Below, piece by piece: positions 11,622 through 30,964 of a stretch of DNA of 64,000 bases. The DNA is from the human T2T-CHM13v2.0 reference genome, Homo sapiens. A model generated the notes under the pieces. It saw only the letters and a program-made list of their open reading frames with translations, did not search any database and was not told the origin of the DNA. Both the position numbers and the translations under genes were made by a program. Numbering within the stretch: the first letter of the stretch is position 1; each line of letters opens with the position of its first letter. Location: assembly GCF_009914755.1 (NCBI RefSeq), contig NC_060936.1. One strand, written 5' to 3'.

Positions 11622-13739
11622 CTACACGATGTATTAAGAAGTCGTGAAACTGTCTTCTGTGACCAACCTAATACAAGATTCTTCAGATTCTAAATTCCCT
11701 ACATAGAGTAGCATCTGTAGGTTGTGAGCTTAGCCTTTTCTTCTGTCAGTGTTGTGCTAAGGCATCCACATTTCCTTTCCCAGCCCTCTTGTTAGAAGGC
11801 CTGGTTGTATGAGAATGTTAGCCAGGGTTAATGCTGTAGTCTGGATTATCAGACAGGTTTATTCCTTGTAAAGCTGACTGATTCATCTATGGATTAAAAA
11901 TGTCTAAGAACTCACTTCTGATATTTATACATGAGAGGTGTGTAGCCAATGTTTGTGAACTGTTTCATTAATTAATAACATTCTGTGCACTTAAGATATT
12001 GTTACCACAATTTATATTTGTGTAGAAAAATCTCAAGTAGGTAATCACACTTACAGAATTCTTACTAATTATATTTGCATCAAATTTTTAAAACTAAACA
12101 TTAAATAACTGCAATTAAAGAGATACATAAAATATTGGTATCTTCTCAAACATTTAACATTCTAATTTGTTCACATGTAAGTGTTTAAATGCTTACTATA
12201 TAAAAGTCAAAGAAAATACACAGTAAATTTGGAAAATAAACGTCTAGATATTTTTAAAAAGTTCAAGCCCATGAATATCACATACTCATTTCATATTCAT
12301 ACTAGAGACTATCTTAGTTTTATAGTGTCGACTCAACGTATCTGAACAAACAATTGCTTGGGCCATCTTGCTGGAGTACAAGAAAAATTGCAATATACAA
12401 TTATATTTAGTGTTAATATTTTAAGGTTGCATTTTTAGGATTACTATAAATAGAATATTCATCGAGTACCTAGAGTAGGTTGGGTAAACAACCAGTCATT
12501 TAATTTAACTTAGTATTAAAACAGAAATTAAGCGGGGGAAAAGTTATATTATGTGAATGAACATCAAAGGGTTCAGAAGTTGGCCCTAATATACTCACGG
12601 TCTCATCCAAACTGGAAGTCTCAATTATTATGTTGGAAATGGCTTAAAACTGTCTTTTTTGAAAGACTACAGGACCTTTATTTTCTCCTTCCCACCAGAC
12701 TATAAATGCTGGAAGAACAACCTGTCTTATGGCATTTTGGGCACACAATTTTCCTTCCTGCAATAAATTGGAAGTACAGAGTTTATGTCTGTTTGATTCC
12801 CATCTGTCAACTAAACAGCAGTGAGATCAAATTCATCGTTCAATTTCTAAAGCTGTTTATTAGTTATATGCTTAATTATGGCATTTTAGGAATCTCATTC
12901 ATGACATGAAAAAAATCAAGATAGTAACATGCTACACCGATGGTAAATCTAAGATGAGATGTACACATTTTGTTTCTCATTGCTGGCATACACTATCATT
13001 ATTAGCAGACTGTACTTAAGCACTCGCCTAAGGTGCTATCTTTGATGACAAGCTAAAAAAATCACCTCCCCCTAGATGGAGACAGGCATTTAGAAAGCAT
13101 AAAAACTAAAGAAGATAACAAAGTCTGTGCTAACTACTATTGCTGATGAGCAATTGTTATGACAGAAGATGACGGAAATAATGGCATCTTTGAAAATATG
13201 TGTGTGTATGCACACGTAAGTGTGTCCTCTTATCCCTTCTAGTATAGATTGCTCTTACAGGCTGACCTAAATTTTCTTTCCTCTTGTAAAAAGTCTGAAA
13301 CTGTTATGTTGGTGTCTCAGTGAGCTGACGTTTCTCACAAACATTATACTGAATTATCACACATTTTCTCTGTGTTATACCTTTGACAACAAGTTAAAAG
13401 TGGAAGAAAAAAATCTATCTGCAAACAAGAAACCTCTGTTAATGAAATTCTGCATTACATAGTCAACCTTTAGCTTGAGGAAGAAATCAAACCCATACTC
13501 ACAAAAGGATGAAGTGAGAGTGTGGACCAGACAAAGTATCAAATAATGTTGTTGTTGTTTTTTAAATAATCTCCCAACATTATTTTTGTCCCACTTTCTA
13601 GTCATTATAACCCCAAAGGTTCAAATTTAAAATCAAGCCTGTTTCCCAATTCAAACACAAACTATGTGTTACTACTATTTTATTAAGGTTTTTTGTTTTG
13701 TTTTGTTTTTTTAAAACAATTTCATTCAATTTTATGAGA

Positions 13740-13900
13740 CAGCCCTTATCTAAGTGTGGTCTCTGGTCCAGCAGCATCAGTATTATCTGGAAAATTGTTA
13801 GAAATGCATAATCACAGAACCCACACCAAACCTGCACATTTAGAACCTATGGAGGTCATTAATCTGTTCTAGTTAAGCCTTAAAATGATTTTGATGTACC
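13740..13900. mobile_element. MER5A-like hAT-Charlie DNA transposon
   Basis: aagtgtggtctctggtccagcagcatcagtattatctggaaaattgttagaaatgca. Confidence 0.75.
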
Positions 13901-15327
13901 ATTGTGGTAAGGCAATGTAATAAATTATTCAAATAAATGATTTCATTCATTCTCAAAATAGTAGGGTAGGTTGATAGAACAAAATAAACAGGTAAGGGTA
14001 TGTAGCTGATTATATATATATGTATATATATATATGCACATATATAACATTATATATTAAGTTAGTTATATAATTAGTGATAGACTAGTGTCAGAGTGAG
14101 ATTCAAAATTCTAGACACAAGTTATATTGGTTTTCTAGCACATACACTCAAACTCTAAAACCATTTCTGTAACTTCAAAGAACCATTTTTAATGTCAAAC
14201 AAAAAAAGCAGCTTTTTTATAATGTATTAATCTCTTTATAACATGTTTTAAAAATTAATATATTACAGAGAATATTCCAAGTAATTAAAAATCACTGCTA
14301 TCTTTTAAGTGTTCATGAGGAAAATAAAAATGCCCTTCTAATTGCTGTCAAGTTGGGAGTATTTTATTACATTTTTAAATATTAGAAAAATGCAAACAGC
14401 TTCCTGAAATATTGAATAGTGGGTAAAAAGGCCACAAGCCCAGATATAGCTGGTTCTTGGGATTGGGAAGGTGTAATGCAGGGATTGTACCTAGTATGCT
14501 GGTTTTAATTTTTTTGGTGGTGGCAGGGGAGACCAATAAAGTTTATTTATATTTCAGATGGAGGAAGAGGCCAAAAATTTACAAGGAGAGCTAGTGTCAC
14601 TTCCTTAGCTAAGTTTCTAAATTTCTTGGGGAAAATGTTCAATTAAGAAATACAGGGAATGCCTCACTTATTAAATAAATGTAAGAAATGATTATGTATA
14701 AACAATGTCTGCCACAAATTACAAGGGCAGCTTAGTGAAAGCAAATGGACTGGATCGTCCTTTGCTGTCAGTTGCTCATACTCCACGCTGCTAAGAAGTA
14801 GAAAGGAAGAAATAATTATGGAATTGGGTCTTATATTTCTTCAAATTTTATTTCAAACGTCATTTTGCTTGAAGTTAGTTTTGAGATGTAGCAATTAGTA
14901 ATTCAGCATTTTTCATAACATTAGTTCATTAAAAGTTTTGTTTGGAAAAATCCCAGTCATATTCACAATGTTCTACTTTTCTGGGTGAAAAAAAAATCAA
15001 GGTTCAGATTTCTGTATTTCCATAAATTGCCTTTGGTGAAAAGAAATGGATACATATATTAAACTGATTCCAAGACAAGCTATCTTCTGTCTCTGATCAG
15101 ACGTCTGTCAAACTATCTGTCTCTTATTCGATCTTGAAATTCTTCTTTAGAAGGACTATTTTACGTGGGCAACTCTATATATAGTTGCGACATTTATTCC
15201 TTTTTTTTTTTAAACAAAGAAAAGTTTTTGCAATACTTTATCACAAAAGTTAACCGTACTGACATTCTACCTGTTTTAAAATACTTATTTAAAACTCTAT
15301 ATCCTCTCATATTTGTGACAAATATAT

Positions 15328-15575
15328 AGCATAGTAGTTAAAAGTCCAAAAGATAAAGCTAAACTATCTATGCTCATAGTCTTTTCTACATTCAGTAGCT
15401 CTGTGTCTTTAGGAAACTTACCTAACTTCCCTGAACCTCAGTTTCTTTGTATGTAAAAAGGAAATAATAACAATACCTACCTCATAGGGTTATCATGAAG
15501 TTTCAACGAATTAATACATATGGGATATAGCACAATGCCTACCTCCTGGGAGGTAGTCAATAAAGGTTAGTTATT
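15328..15575 (+). mobile_element. MIR (MIRb-like)
   Basis: cctaacttccctgaacctcagtttctttgtatgtaaaaaggaaataataacaatacctacctcatagggtt. Confidence 0.8.
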
Positions 15576-16599
15576 ACTTTAGTTAGTACCTTTTAGACCT
15601 AGAAAACTTACTGAATCTTTTTAAGTTTCATATTTCTCATATATTATAATGTAAATATTTACTCTTTTTTCCTTAAACTACAAACCAGAAATTAATAAAC
15701 ATATGAGGCACCAAGAGTGAACCAAACAGTTGAATTTGGATATATTGCTTTCCTGAATAAAAGGCATGATAATTCCAGGTCTAGCACAGACATATAATTG
15801 TGTCACCTTAGAAAAATTACTTAATCTCAGCACTTTTCAGGTTAAAAAATTATTTGTAAAAATAAGTTAAAAAAAAAACCCTAAAAAAGAAAGAGCATTA
15901 ACTGAACATAATAGAAAGTTATACACACTAAAATTGTTTACTGTAAGGATGAAAAAGTAGGCTTTCAGTTGGGCTGATACCATGAAAAATTTAAAAGATA
16001 TATATCCATAGATGAAAATTATGAGTGCAATCTTTTATAGTTTATTTATGACAGATTTTAGTGCCTAACACATTTTTAAACAAATCAATGTTTATCATAT
16101 CTCAGATATGATATTTCAGAGACATCTCAGATAGTTGCATAAAGAAAATAGAGAGGGAAGAACCGTTGAGAGAAGCAGCAGGAAGACCAAGATGGCAGGA
16201 TACACAATGAGCCTTGATTTAGAAAAGGACGGGACAACTGCCAATAAGATCTCAGAGCTTCCCCTCAATGAAGAACCGAGCCACCCAAAAGCATATACTA
16301 ATACATAAAGAACAGTAAAGAATAACTTTATTCTGTGTCTACAGAGGAAGAAGGGGAACATGCATTTACATGATAGTGGAAAAGACATGTTTTAGATATG
16401 ATATAAAAAAGGACATTCTCCACTGTGTGGGTTGTTAGAATTGAAATAAATCCCATAATTAGCAAGAATGAGAGTTCCAGAATGAGATGGATAACCATTT
16501 CCCAACTGGGGGCAATAAAGATTCTTGCACAGCCTTGTAATAAGGATTAAGTAAGAGAGCACTTTAGGTAAGGGTGATAATACTATCCATACTAGGGGT

Positions 16600-16636
16600 T
16601 GCGCACACGTGCACGCGCGCGCGTGTGTGTGTATGT
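16600..16636. repeat. Alternating purine-pyrimidine tract (Z-DNA prone)
   Basis: gcgcacacgtgcacgcgcgcgcgtgtgtgtgtatgt. Confidence 0.7.
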
Positions 16637-17279
16637 TAGATAAGATGTTCGGTACTTGGCATTTGCTATTTATTAAGACTTGTTAGAAAAACTTTAAGTC
16701 CATTCTGGTTCAAGCATTTACTCATTCTGTAACTGTGAAGGACAACCTCCTTATCTCTCAGGGCCCAAGTTTCATCATCTCTAAAACAAGGACCTTAAAA
16801 CTCATGTGGCAAGCTGGTGAGAACAAAATAACTTCTGTACAGCATCTGGCACAGAGTGGGTGGGTACCTAGTAAAACATTTGCTTCCCTTTTCTTACTCT
16901 CTCCCAAAAAAACTAAAGAAAAATCCTCCATCATATTCATGCCATTCCTTATATATCTAAAGCCATACAATATTTCTCCTTAAGCTGAGCATTTGCAAAG
17001 ATCAAAAAGATTAAGACAAACAATCTAGGATGCAATTTGGAGGAGGAACGAATATGGTAGCAAATCCTTCCTAACTCCTCATATAGAACTGACTACATCC
17101 TAATTGAGGGCTCACTGTACCCTTAACAAACCTTTATGACTCTTACATACCTTCATTTGATCGCACTTGTGTATATGTTTATCTATCCCTACTAGACTGT
17201 AAGCTTCTTTGTCAAAAGAATGAGTGTCTGGCATATAGTTGGTGAGTAAATATTTTTTGAACGAGGTTATGAAGCGGTG

Positions 17280-17499
17280 CTGTGCTTTTCCTTACAATAT
17301 CCAGCATGTTCCCACTCAGGGTTTTGCAACTGGTGTGACCTCTACCTTGAATGTTCATCTCAGATACGGGTATGACTCCTGCCCTCACCTTTTTCAGGTG
17401 GCATCCTAAATTTCACTTACTTTCTCAGCAAAGCCTTTCCTAGCTACTCTATTTAAAATTTTGTGTTTGTACAGGTCTACCCACCCACCCATTCATACA

Positions 17500-17548
<49 letters not shown>

Positions 17549-17780
17549 CTACCCACCCACTCATTCATACATACACACACACGTGCAACCTGTCTTCCTT
17601 TCTCCATCTACCACTCTCTGCCTTTTTTACTTGCATTGGTTTTTCCATCATCTGTCTTCCCCTCTTAGAGTTTAAACTTCAGAAAAGCAGGAGGTTTTGT
17701 CTTTTTTGCTACTACCTAGCATTTGGCACAGCGTCTCAGACACAGTAGGTGCTCAATAAATATGTTGTATGAATGAATAA
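17280..17780 (+). mobile_element. L2 3' fragment containing a (CA)n microsatellite
   Basis: Ends cacagtaggtgctcaataaatatgttgtatgaatgaat; (CA)n at about 17497-17545. Confidence 0.8.
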
Positions 17781-18116
17781 ATTTCACAATGGCATAGCAT
17801 TTGGGAAAAAAAGAATGAGTACTTTTGATGAATAACAATAGGACATTGATAGAAATTTAAAAATTACGTGATGATTAAGCTAATCCTTTAATATTATATG
17901 ACTGCTCAGAACTCATTTTCTGTTACTGATATACTGCAGTTTTAATTTTCCTCAAACAAAGGAGCTTTGTTTCTTCTCATGGGAAACTAACTTAAGATTT
18001 ATCTTGTATTGAGTTATCCCAGTGTTTCCTTATTAACAAAGATCAAAGATATGCTGAAAATGTCCATACAGATGACGCAGGTGCACAGAAGCAGAAATGA
18101 AGGGCTAGAGCAATGG

Positions 18117-18728
<612 letters not shown>

Positions 18729-19930
18729 GCAATAGAGACTTTTGAATGTGAGTGTCAGAACTAGAACTCGGATCTTCTAACCAAACCTCAGTACACTTTT
18801 AACCACATCTATCTTTCTACAAATGTGATTTACAATAAAACCTAAGTCAGATTCATTGCCCACATGGTATTGGTGCCATTTAGACTATATTATTTGTTAG
18901 CTGGCCAATCTAAACTATTCAAGAAGGCAAAGATCTATGCATGCTAGCAAATCCTATTTCCTGAATATGCCCTCCTCTCAACGTCTATATTTGAAACCTT
19001 AACAATATGTCCACCTGGACTTCTTGGAGGGCTCTGGTTTGCAGGGACAATATATGCTTTGGTTCATCTATGGAACAATCAGCTTAAGAAGTTGTATTCA
19101 GATATTATTAATGTTTTCAAACCCACTTCCTATTTTCCTACTGAAATCCCTGCCAAGCACACACTTCAGCAGACACTAAAATAATTTGGGTAGTTGACAT
19201 TCAATCCAAATTTTCTATGGAAATCTGCCAGATTTGACATCTGTGAGAAAGTGGGTAATTTTTATTATCCACAGAGAGCAAAAGCTTGGTTTGATATTTC
19301 TCTACCTCCACACATCTCCCTGTAGTGGAGCTGCTACTCAGATATCCACAAAAAGTGGTTAGTGAGGAAAATTATTTAACCCTTTCACCCTTGTCAGGAT
19401 ACAGCAAAAGCTCAATTCAAATTAATTTTAAAGTAACAATGGAAATGGATAAAACAACTTTTGGAGGTGTGGGAGATGCAAACTACCTTTATTATTATCA
19501 TCATTACTTTTGCCTAAAAACTATTTATGCTTTATCTGTTGTTTTAATACAACTGTTTGTCTTTAAAGTTCCCTTCATTTGGTCTAAAACCTTAAACCAG
19601 AATTTCAAATTAACGTTATTGTTAGAGTCCTTTTTCAAACCCTAATAATATTTGGCTCTGTAGTACTACAGAAACATGCTTAAAAATCATACAAAATATT
19701 TCTATTGGTATTACATTTTATTTCCCAAGAATTAAGAACTAAGGTATGTATTAACACTTAAGGTTTCTCTAATCTCTTTTAAAGAAAGAGATAAAACTGG
19801 ATATTCCCATGTGCTTATAGGTCATATACTAAAATGTTACCAAGGTTTATATTGTAAATAATGTTACTTTAGTTCACTACAACAAAAGAGGTTTCCCATC
19901 TTTTTATTACAATCTAGTAGTTTAGCATTA

Positions 19931-20289
19931 TATATTAGTCTGTTCTCACACTGCTATAAAGATACTACCCGAGACTCGGTAATTTATAAAGAAAGGAGTT
20001 TTAATCGACTCACAGTTCTACATGGCTTGGGAGGCCTCAGGAAACTTACAGTCATGATGGAAGGGGAAGGTATGTCTTACATGGCGGCAGGCGAGAGAGA
20101 AGAGTGTCCAAGAGAAGCAAAAACTGCCTTATAAAATCATTAGACCTGGTGAAAACTCACAATCATGAGAACAACATGGGGGAAAAGGCCCCCAAAGTCC
20201 ATTCACCTCCCACCAGGTCTCTCCTTCAACATCTGGAGATTACAATTCAAGATGAGATTCGGGTGGGGACACAAAGCCTAACCATATCA
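19931..20289 (-). mobile_element. THE1D/MSTA-like MaLR solo LTR
   Basis: tatattagtctgttctcacactgct ... ggaggcctcaggaaacttac ... aaccatatca, the reverse complement of TGATATGG...CTAATACA. Confidence 0.9.
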
Positions 20290-20476
20290 AGAATGTTTCC
20301 AATTAAGAAATTAAAAATGATTATGGTTCTATATTGGTTCTACACTGACAAAGGTTTAAAAGTAGGTCATGGGAATACAAAAGCATGATAAATTATTCAT
20401 TTACAATAATAAAATGGTTGGTGATGTGTTGTTAATTTTCGATATAAGGGAAAATGGTATTTAAAATATATAGTTA

Positions 20477-20785
<309 letters not shown>

Positions 20786-21639
20786 TTAAAAACCTAAAAG
20801 TATCCACCAATAGAATTACGAATAGAATATATAACTCCCAAACCACAGAAGAAAACATAAAATAAGAAAAACATACCTTCAACAAAAAAGAAGAGAAAAA
20901 GGGATTAAAAATAAAAATGCAGACATAAAAAAATTTCTGCCAAGTAAAATTAACGCATCAATTATGACAATACATGTAAAGTTAAATTCCCTGTTGAGGG
21001 AAAAGAAAAACTTAGGTTGGCTTAAGAAACAAATTCAATCTTATTTTTGTATAACAGGTATACCTAAAAGAAATGTTCAAGATGAAAGGAAAAAAAGGGG
21101 GAAAAGCTCGTTTGTACAAAGGTGTGATCTGGGCCCATGGACAGGATGAAGGCTGCTTTCTGAGACAGTGACAGAGAGAGAGGAAAATCTGATTATGCTG
21201 CAGCCATACTGGAGTACAGTCAGGACCTTCATCTCTTTTGGGTCAAATCCTGCCTGAGTGTCCTTGACAACCCTCAATAATAGTGTGGCCATGATATCCT
21301 GTATTAGCTTCACTAGAGAGCCTATTTCCAAATTCTCTATCTACCAGGCCCCACTTAAACGAAAGTTTCATGAGGGCAAGCATTTTTCCAAGTTCAGTTC
21401 AAACCTCTATCTTTGGAAACAGCTTGGCACATGGTAGACATGACAAGCATATGTTTTGAATGAATGAACAAGAATATGAGTGAATATGTCTGCACAGCAT
21501 GCTAGAGACCTAAACACAATCATTTGATTGGAGTTATCGCCTCTGAAATTCCACTGAGATGAGTAAAAGCATTTTCTAAATGTTGCAAACCAAACACTGA
21601 AGAATCAAAGAGGGAGACCATCAATGGACAAGAGATTTC

Positions 21640-25760
<4,121 letters not shown>

Positions 25761-26119
25761 AATATGAAAATAGTTCTTTCACCCTAAAAAAAATCAAAAC
25801 TATTTTGATACAATAAAAGAATTATTAAATCTTAGCTTTTTTGTCTTCAATTCACCCATTCTAATGCTACAAACCACAATGAACTCCTTAGCATCAAGGA
25901 AGACCAATTTCTCTTTCACCTCTAGGTTCTTTGACCTCTCTCAACAAACCTGAATGTTCACAACATGCAGCACATACAACTTCCTTGTAGCTATTTCAGA
26001 GGGGCCCAAAAAAACAGCTCTTGCTTCCTTCTCAAATCATTATCCATCCATTACACAATTAAAAAAATCTCTGTAAGAGGGCATTGCCTTTCATTTTCAT
26101 TTTATTATAACAATCACAT

Positions 26120-26345
26120 TTTAACAATAGCCTTTATTGAGCATTTAGTATATGCTAGGTACTAAGTGCAGCACACATTATCAACTTACCTAATCCTCCC
26201 AACAACTATTATTACCCTCATTGTACAGCATAGGAAACTGAAGATAAGTGAGATTAAGTTACTTGTTGGAGGTCCCTTATTAAGCATGTGAGACAAAGAA
26301 ATTTGAACCCAGACAATTTGGTTCCAGGACCTTAACGACCATGCT
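26120..26345 (-). mobile_element. MIR
   Basis: tttattgagcatttagtatatgctagg ... ggaaactgaag ... gaaatttgaacccagac. Confidence 0.75.
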
Positions 26346-26707
26346 GTCCCGTTTAAAATGCAAATATCCTTGGAGGAATTAAAATATTTACCCAAATTTA
26401 CATTAAAGTGTGAGAGGCTTATCTGTTTTTAGGGAAGACAGTGCTGGCATTTTGAAAACCAGGCAAGTGACACTTAGAAATCTATAGAAAAGTTAAATTA
26501 TGATCTTAAATATCAACCTCATTAATTTATCACTGTTCTTAAGCTCACATAAAAAAAAGTTTTCAGACTAGGCACATTCTCTCATAGATTCTATTTACAA
26601 CTGTCTGCTGTTATTAGTCAAATTTTCCATATAATTTCAAGGCTCAGGAATTGGAATATTTTATAAAGTATATTTTCAATAGTTCCTGGGTCCAGGCTAG
26701 AAATGCT

Positions 26708-26710
<3 letters not shown>

Positions 26711-26754
<44 letters not shown>
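26711..26754. repeat. (AT)n microsatellite, about 22 units
   Basis: Read directly. Confidence 0.97.
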
Positions 26755-26756
<2 letters not shown>

Positions 26757-26825
26757 ATAATATTAAATTTTTCTTGTTGGTAACATGCAATTGACACTAT
26801 TTCCTAAATTTAGACCTGAAAATAA

Positions 26826-27158
<333 letters not shown>

Positions 27159-28100
27159 GGGTATATGGTTTTTTACGTCAAAGTTCAGCATAACACATCA
27201 GACAATCATTCAACACTGTACCAAGAATGTTTTGAGATTGGGGGAAAGATCAGTAAGACAGGATTCTTGCACCAAAGAACTGAGAGGCAAGAAAATCAAA
27301 TAGGACATTTTTACATGAAGACTCAAGCATATCATTCAGGTGCAACTGAATACAGTATTCAAACATTTAAGAAATTTTCATACAGTGAAACTCCTTACTT
27401 TCATAAAGTACTCATTACATAAACCATCTTGCTTTACTACCTAAATATAGTGTGCTAAAAAAATAAAAGAAGAAAGAAAATGCCCTCTCCCTGTTAAAGA
27501 CATATGAAATATAAAACTAAAATATCTGAGAGGGAGAAGATGAGAGGACAACCTGTAGGCATAGCTGTCGCCATAGAACAGTAAATACAATCCTCTTTAT
27601 TAAATAAAAACCTAATTGAGCCGGGGATGCAGGTGGGGCCCAGTTATTTCATAGTCAAATGCAAGTCTTTGGGCATTTTCTGAGCAAATGAGCTTTGTAA
27701 AACGACCTGCATTTGCCAAACTACATTATTCTTTTGTGGAACCAAATTTGTGCAGTAGAAGTTTAAGATGCACGTGGATGCTTACTGAAAGGAAATTAAG
27801 AGTATGAGATCTCAAAATTCTCTGTCACAGTCAATGATTTAGGTGGCAAGGAGACCGTCAAATTACCAAAGCTTAACCAGAGCAATAATTACCCACTATG
27901 TATTCTTGGAAAAATCAGAGAGTAGTGTCTCCTGAGAGAAAATTAGCAGGTTTTTTTTGTACACATGGCTTTCAACATCTGAGTAAATGAACAATATTCA
28001 TCTTACTTTCTATAAATCAGACACTATTTCTAGTTCACAATCCCCAGATGTATCATTAACATCATAATCTAGTTTATTGGCATTACACCTCTAAATCTGA

Positions 28101-28407
<307 letters not shown>

Positions 28408-29356
28408 TGAATCTGAATTTTTTTGCCTCTTTTAAGTTCGGTAGACATGTATTACATCAGTTCTTAAAAATGACATTGCCATAAAATAATCAGTTTTAAG
28501 AGTGACACTGTCGTTAATGCTGGAAAGGAAATTTTTGCTAATACGTAGACCTTTAAGGCACTGAAACGTTTTCAATATTATTTTTAACAGATGAACTATA
28601 AGTAGGTCACACAATACGAAAACTGTATGTGGAATGATCTGGTATTAAGAAATGACACAAGAACTTTCTAGAATCATGGAATCACAATGTGACACACAAA
28701 ATTTTTTTTGCACTAAAAGATGAGTTTTTCTTCTAGACTGAGATGTACTCCAAGTTACTTTTAAATATAAAATTTAAAAAGTAAAATATCTTAAAATCAT
28801 TCAAGAAATGTCAAAGATCTTCCCTTTCTCTGGTTTTTGAAACACAAATATAAGTAATGGAAAAATTTATTTATCTAGTTGAATATAAATCCTGTAAACC
28901 CCAGTATCATTGACTAATTTCCAATAATTTTTATTAATAAGGCCTGCATTTATAAAAAATTTATTTTATAGCTATCATAAATATTACTGTATTGGTCATT
29001 TGCTTAGATATTTTAATTATTTCCTACATTTTATAATACAAGTTATTTGAAATCATTAGTGGACATACACAATACGATGTGTTAAAAATGCTAAAAGGCT
29101 GAGATACCTGTAAAATGAGACAAGAGTAGATAAGCATGTGCTCTGTTCTTCATGTAAAACTCATTCCATGTTATTCTCTAAAGAGAATAGGGGCGAAAAA
29201 TAAAGTGAAATGTAGAAAAGTGAAATGAATATATTATACTTTTTGGACCTGTAATTAGGAAATAAAGTTGATATTTAATGCTTGTAATGGTGTTTGTACA
29301 TCAGGTTGTATTTTTTTGGTTGACCTGAGTCATTTCTGGATTTTGTATTCAGGTTG

Positions 29357-29727
29357 TGATATGGTTTGGCTATGTCCCCGCCCAAGCCTTACATTGAACT
29401 GTAGCTCCCATAATCCCCATGTGTTGTGTGAGGGACCTGGTGGGAGGTAATTGAATCATGAGGGCAGTTTTTTCCCTGTGCTGTTCTCCTGATAGTGAAT
29501 AAATCTCATGGGATCTGATGGTTTTATAAAGGGCAGTTCCCCTGTACACGCTCTCTTGCCTACCACCACGTAAGATGTGGCTTTGCTCCTCCTTCGCCTT
29601 CCACCATGATTGTGAGGCCTCCCCAGTCATGTGGATGTGGAACTGTGAGTCCATTAAACCTCTTTTTCTTTATAAATTACCCAGTCTCAGGTATTTCTTC
29701 ACAGTAGTATGAAAATGGACTAACACA
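29357..29727 (+). mobile_element. THE1C-like solo LTR
   Basis: tgatatggtttggct ... gggcagttcccctgtacacgctctcttgcc ... ggactaacaca; perfect 5-bp TSD ggttg. Confidence 0.95.
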
Positions 29728-29735
29728 GGTTGATT

Positions 29736-29929
29736 ATTCATTCTTATTTATTTCACAAATATTGATTTGTCAATACTATATGCCAGGTAGTATTCTAGGG
29801 GCACAGTATAAGGCTGAACAAAGAAGCCAGCTTCCCTCTTTTGGAGCTTACAGTCTAATGGTAAAACAGACATTATACAAATAATCCCTGCCTGTCTGTC
29901 TCTGTTTCTCTCTCTCTCTCTCTCTCTGC

Positions 29930-29985
<56 letters not shown>

Positions 29986-30530
29986 TACTGAGAAAAAGTG
30001 CAGGATGCAGCCCAGTAGACATATGGAGTATGTGTGGCATGAATTTGACCTCCTCTGGAGAATCAAGAAAAGATTCATGGCAGGGCCCTTCATCACAGCT
30101 GATGGGCATGAGTATGATGGGATAAGGAGCAGCAGCAGAAAGAGTGGCACATTCTAAGCAGAGGGTACAACATGTGTGTGCAAAGGCCTGCAGGTGAGAG
30201 GGGCATGATGGTTACAGTAGAAAAAGCAAAAAATATAAATGGCATGATATGAGGTCACAGAGGAAGCCAGGTAGGAAACTGTAAGCCTTGTTAGAGATTG
30301 GGGGACTTATTCTCAGTGCACTGGGAGCCATCGAAGAGTTCTGTAGAAGAGAGAATCAAATCTGCATTTTTCAAAGATCACTGGAGACAATGGGGAAAAC
30401 AACAAAGAAATGATTGCATAAAAGAAAACTGTTATGTGGCAACTACATCAGTATAGCCAAAAAATGTTGGTAACTCACACTAGAATTACAGTGGTGGATG
30501 TGACAGAAGTGGATATTTGAGACACAATGG
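29736..30530 (-). mobile_element. L2 relic with embedded (TC)n(CA)n microsatellite
   Basis: attcattcttatttatttcacaaatattg ... ggagcttacagtctaatgg; compound repeat at about 29897-29980. Confidence 0.7.
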
Positions 30531-30538
30531 TAATCAGA

Positions 30539-30964
30539 TGTAGGAGGTTCTGGCGTGTGCCACAAAAGTTCCCCTTCAGGAACCAGACAGTCATTTCCCC
30601 AGCTATAAGGAAAGTTGGTGCAGAGAGCTTACAATTGAGCCACTTCTGGAAAGAGGAAATTCCCTCAGCTGAAAGGCACTGCCTCCCCCAGGGTATTATC
30701 CCCCCTGGCTGTAGCCAATACCCAGCATCTGAATGTGAGGGCATGGGGCAGGGTGCTAGCATGCTAGGGTGGCTTGACCCACTGCCTCAATTAGGGACAC
30801 TGCTGAGGGGCTGGCCCTGCAGAAGAGTCTTGCAGGCCACCATCAGCCCATGTCCAGTCCTGTTAGCCTCCTCTCTTACAGAGGCTCCCAAGAGCATCTT
30901 CAACAACTCGCTGGCACATAGTCTCCCTTTTAGAGTCTTTTTCTGGGGAACCCAACCTGAAACA
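30539..30964 (+). mobile_element. LTR16A-like ERVL solo LTR
   Basis: tgtaggagg start, ctcagctgaaagg, end agagtctttttctggggaacccaacctgaaaca. Confidence 0.75.
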
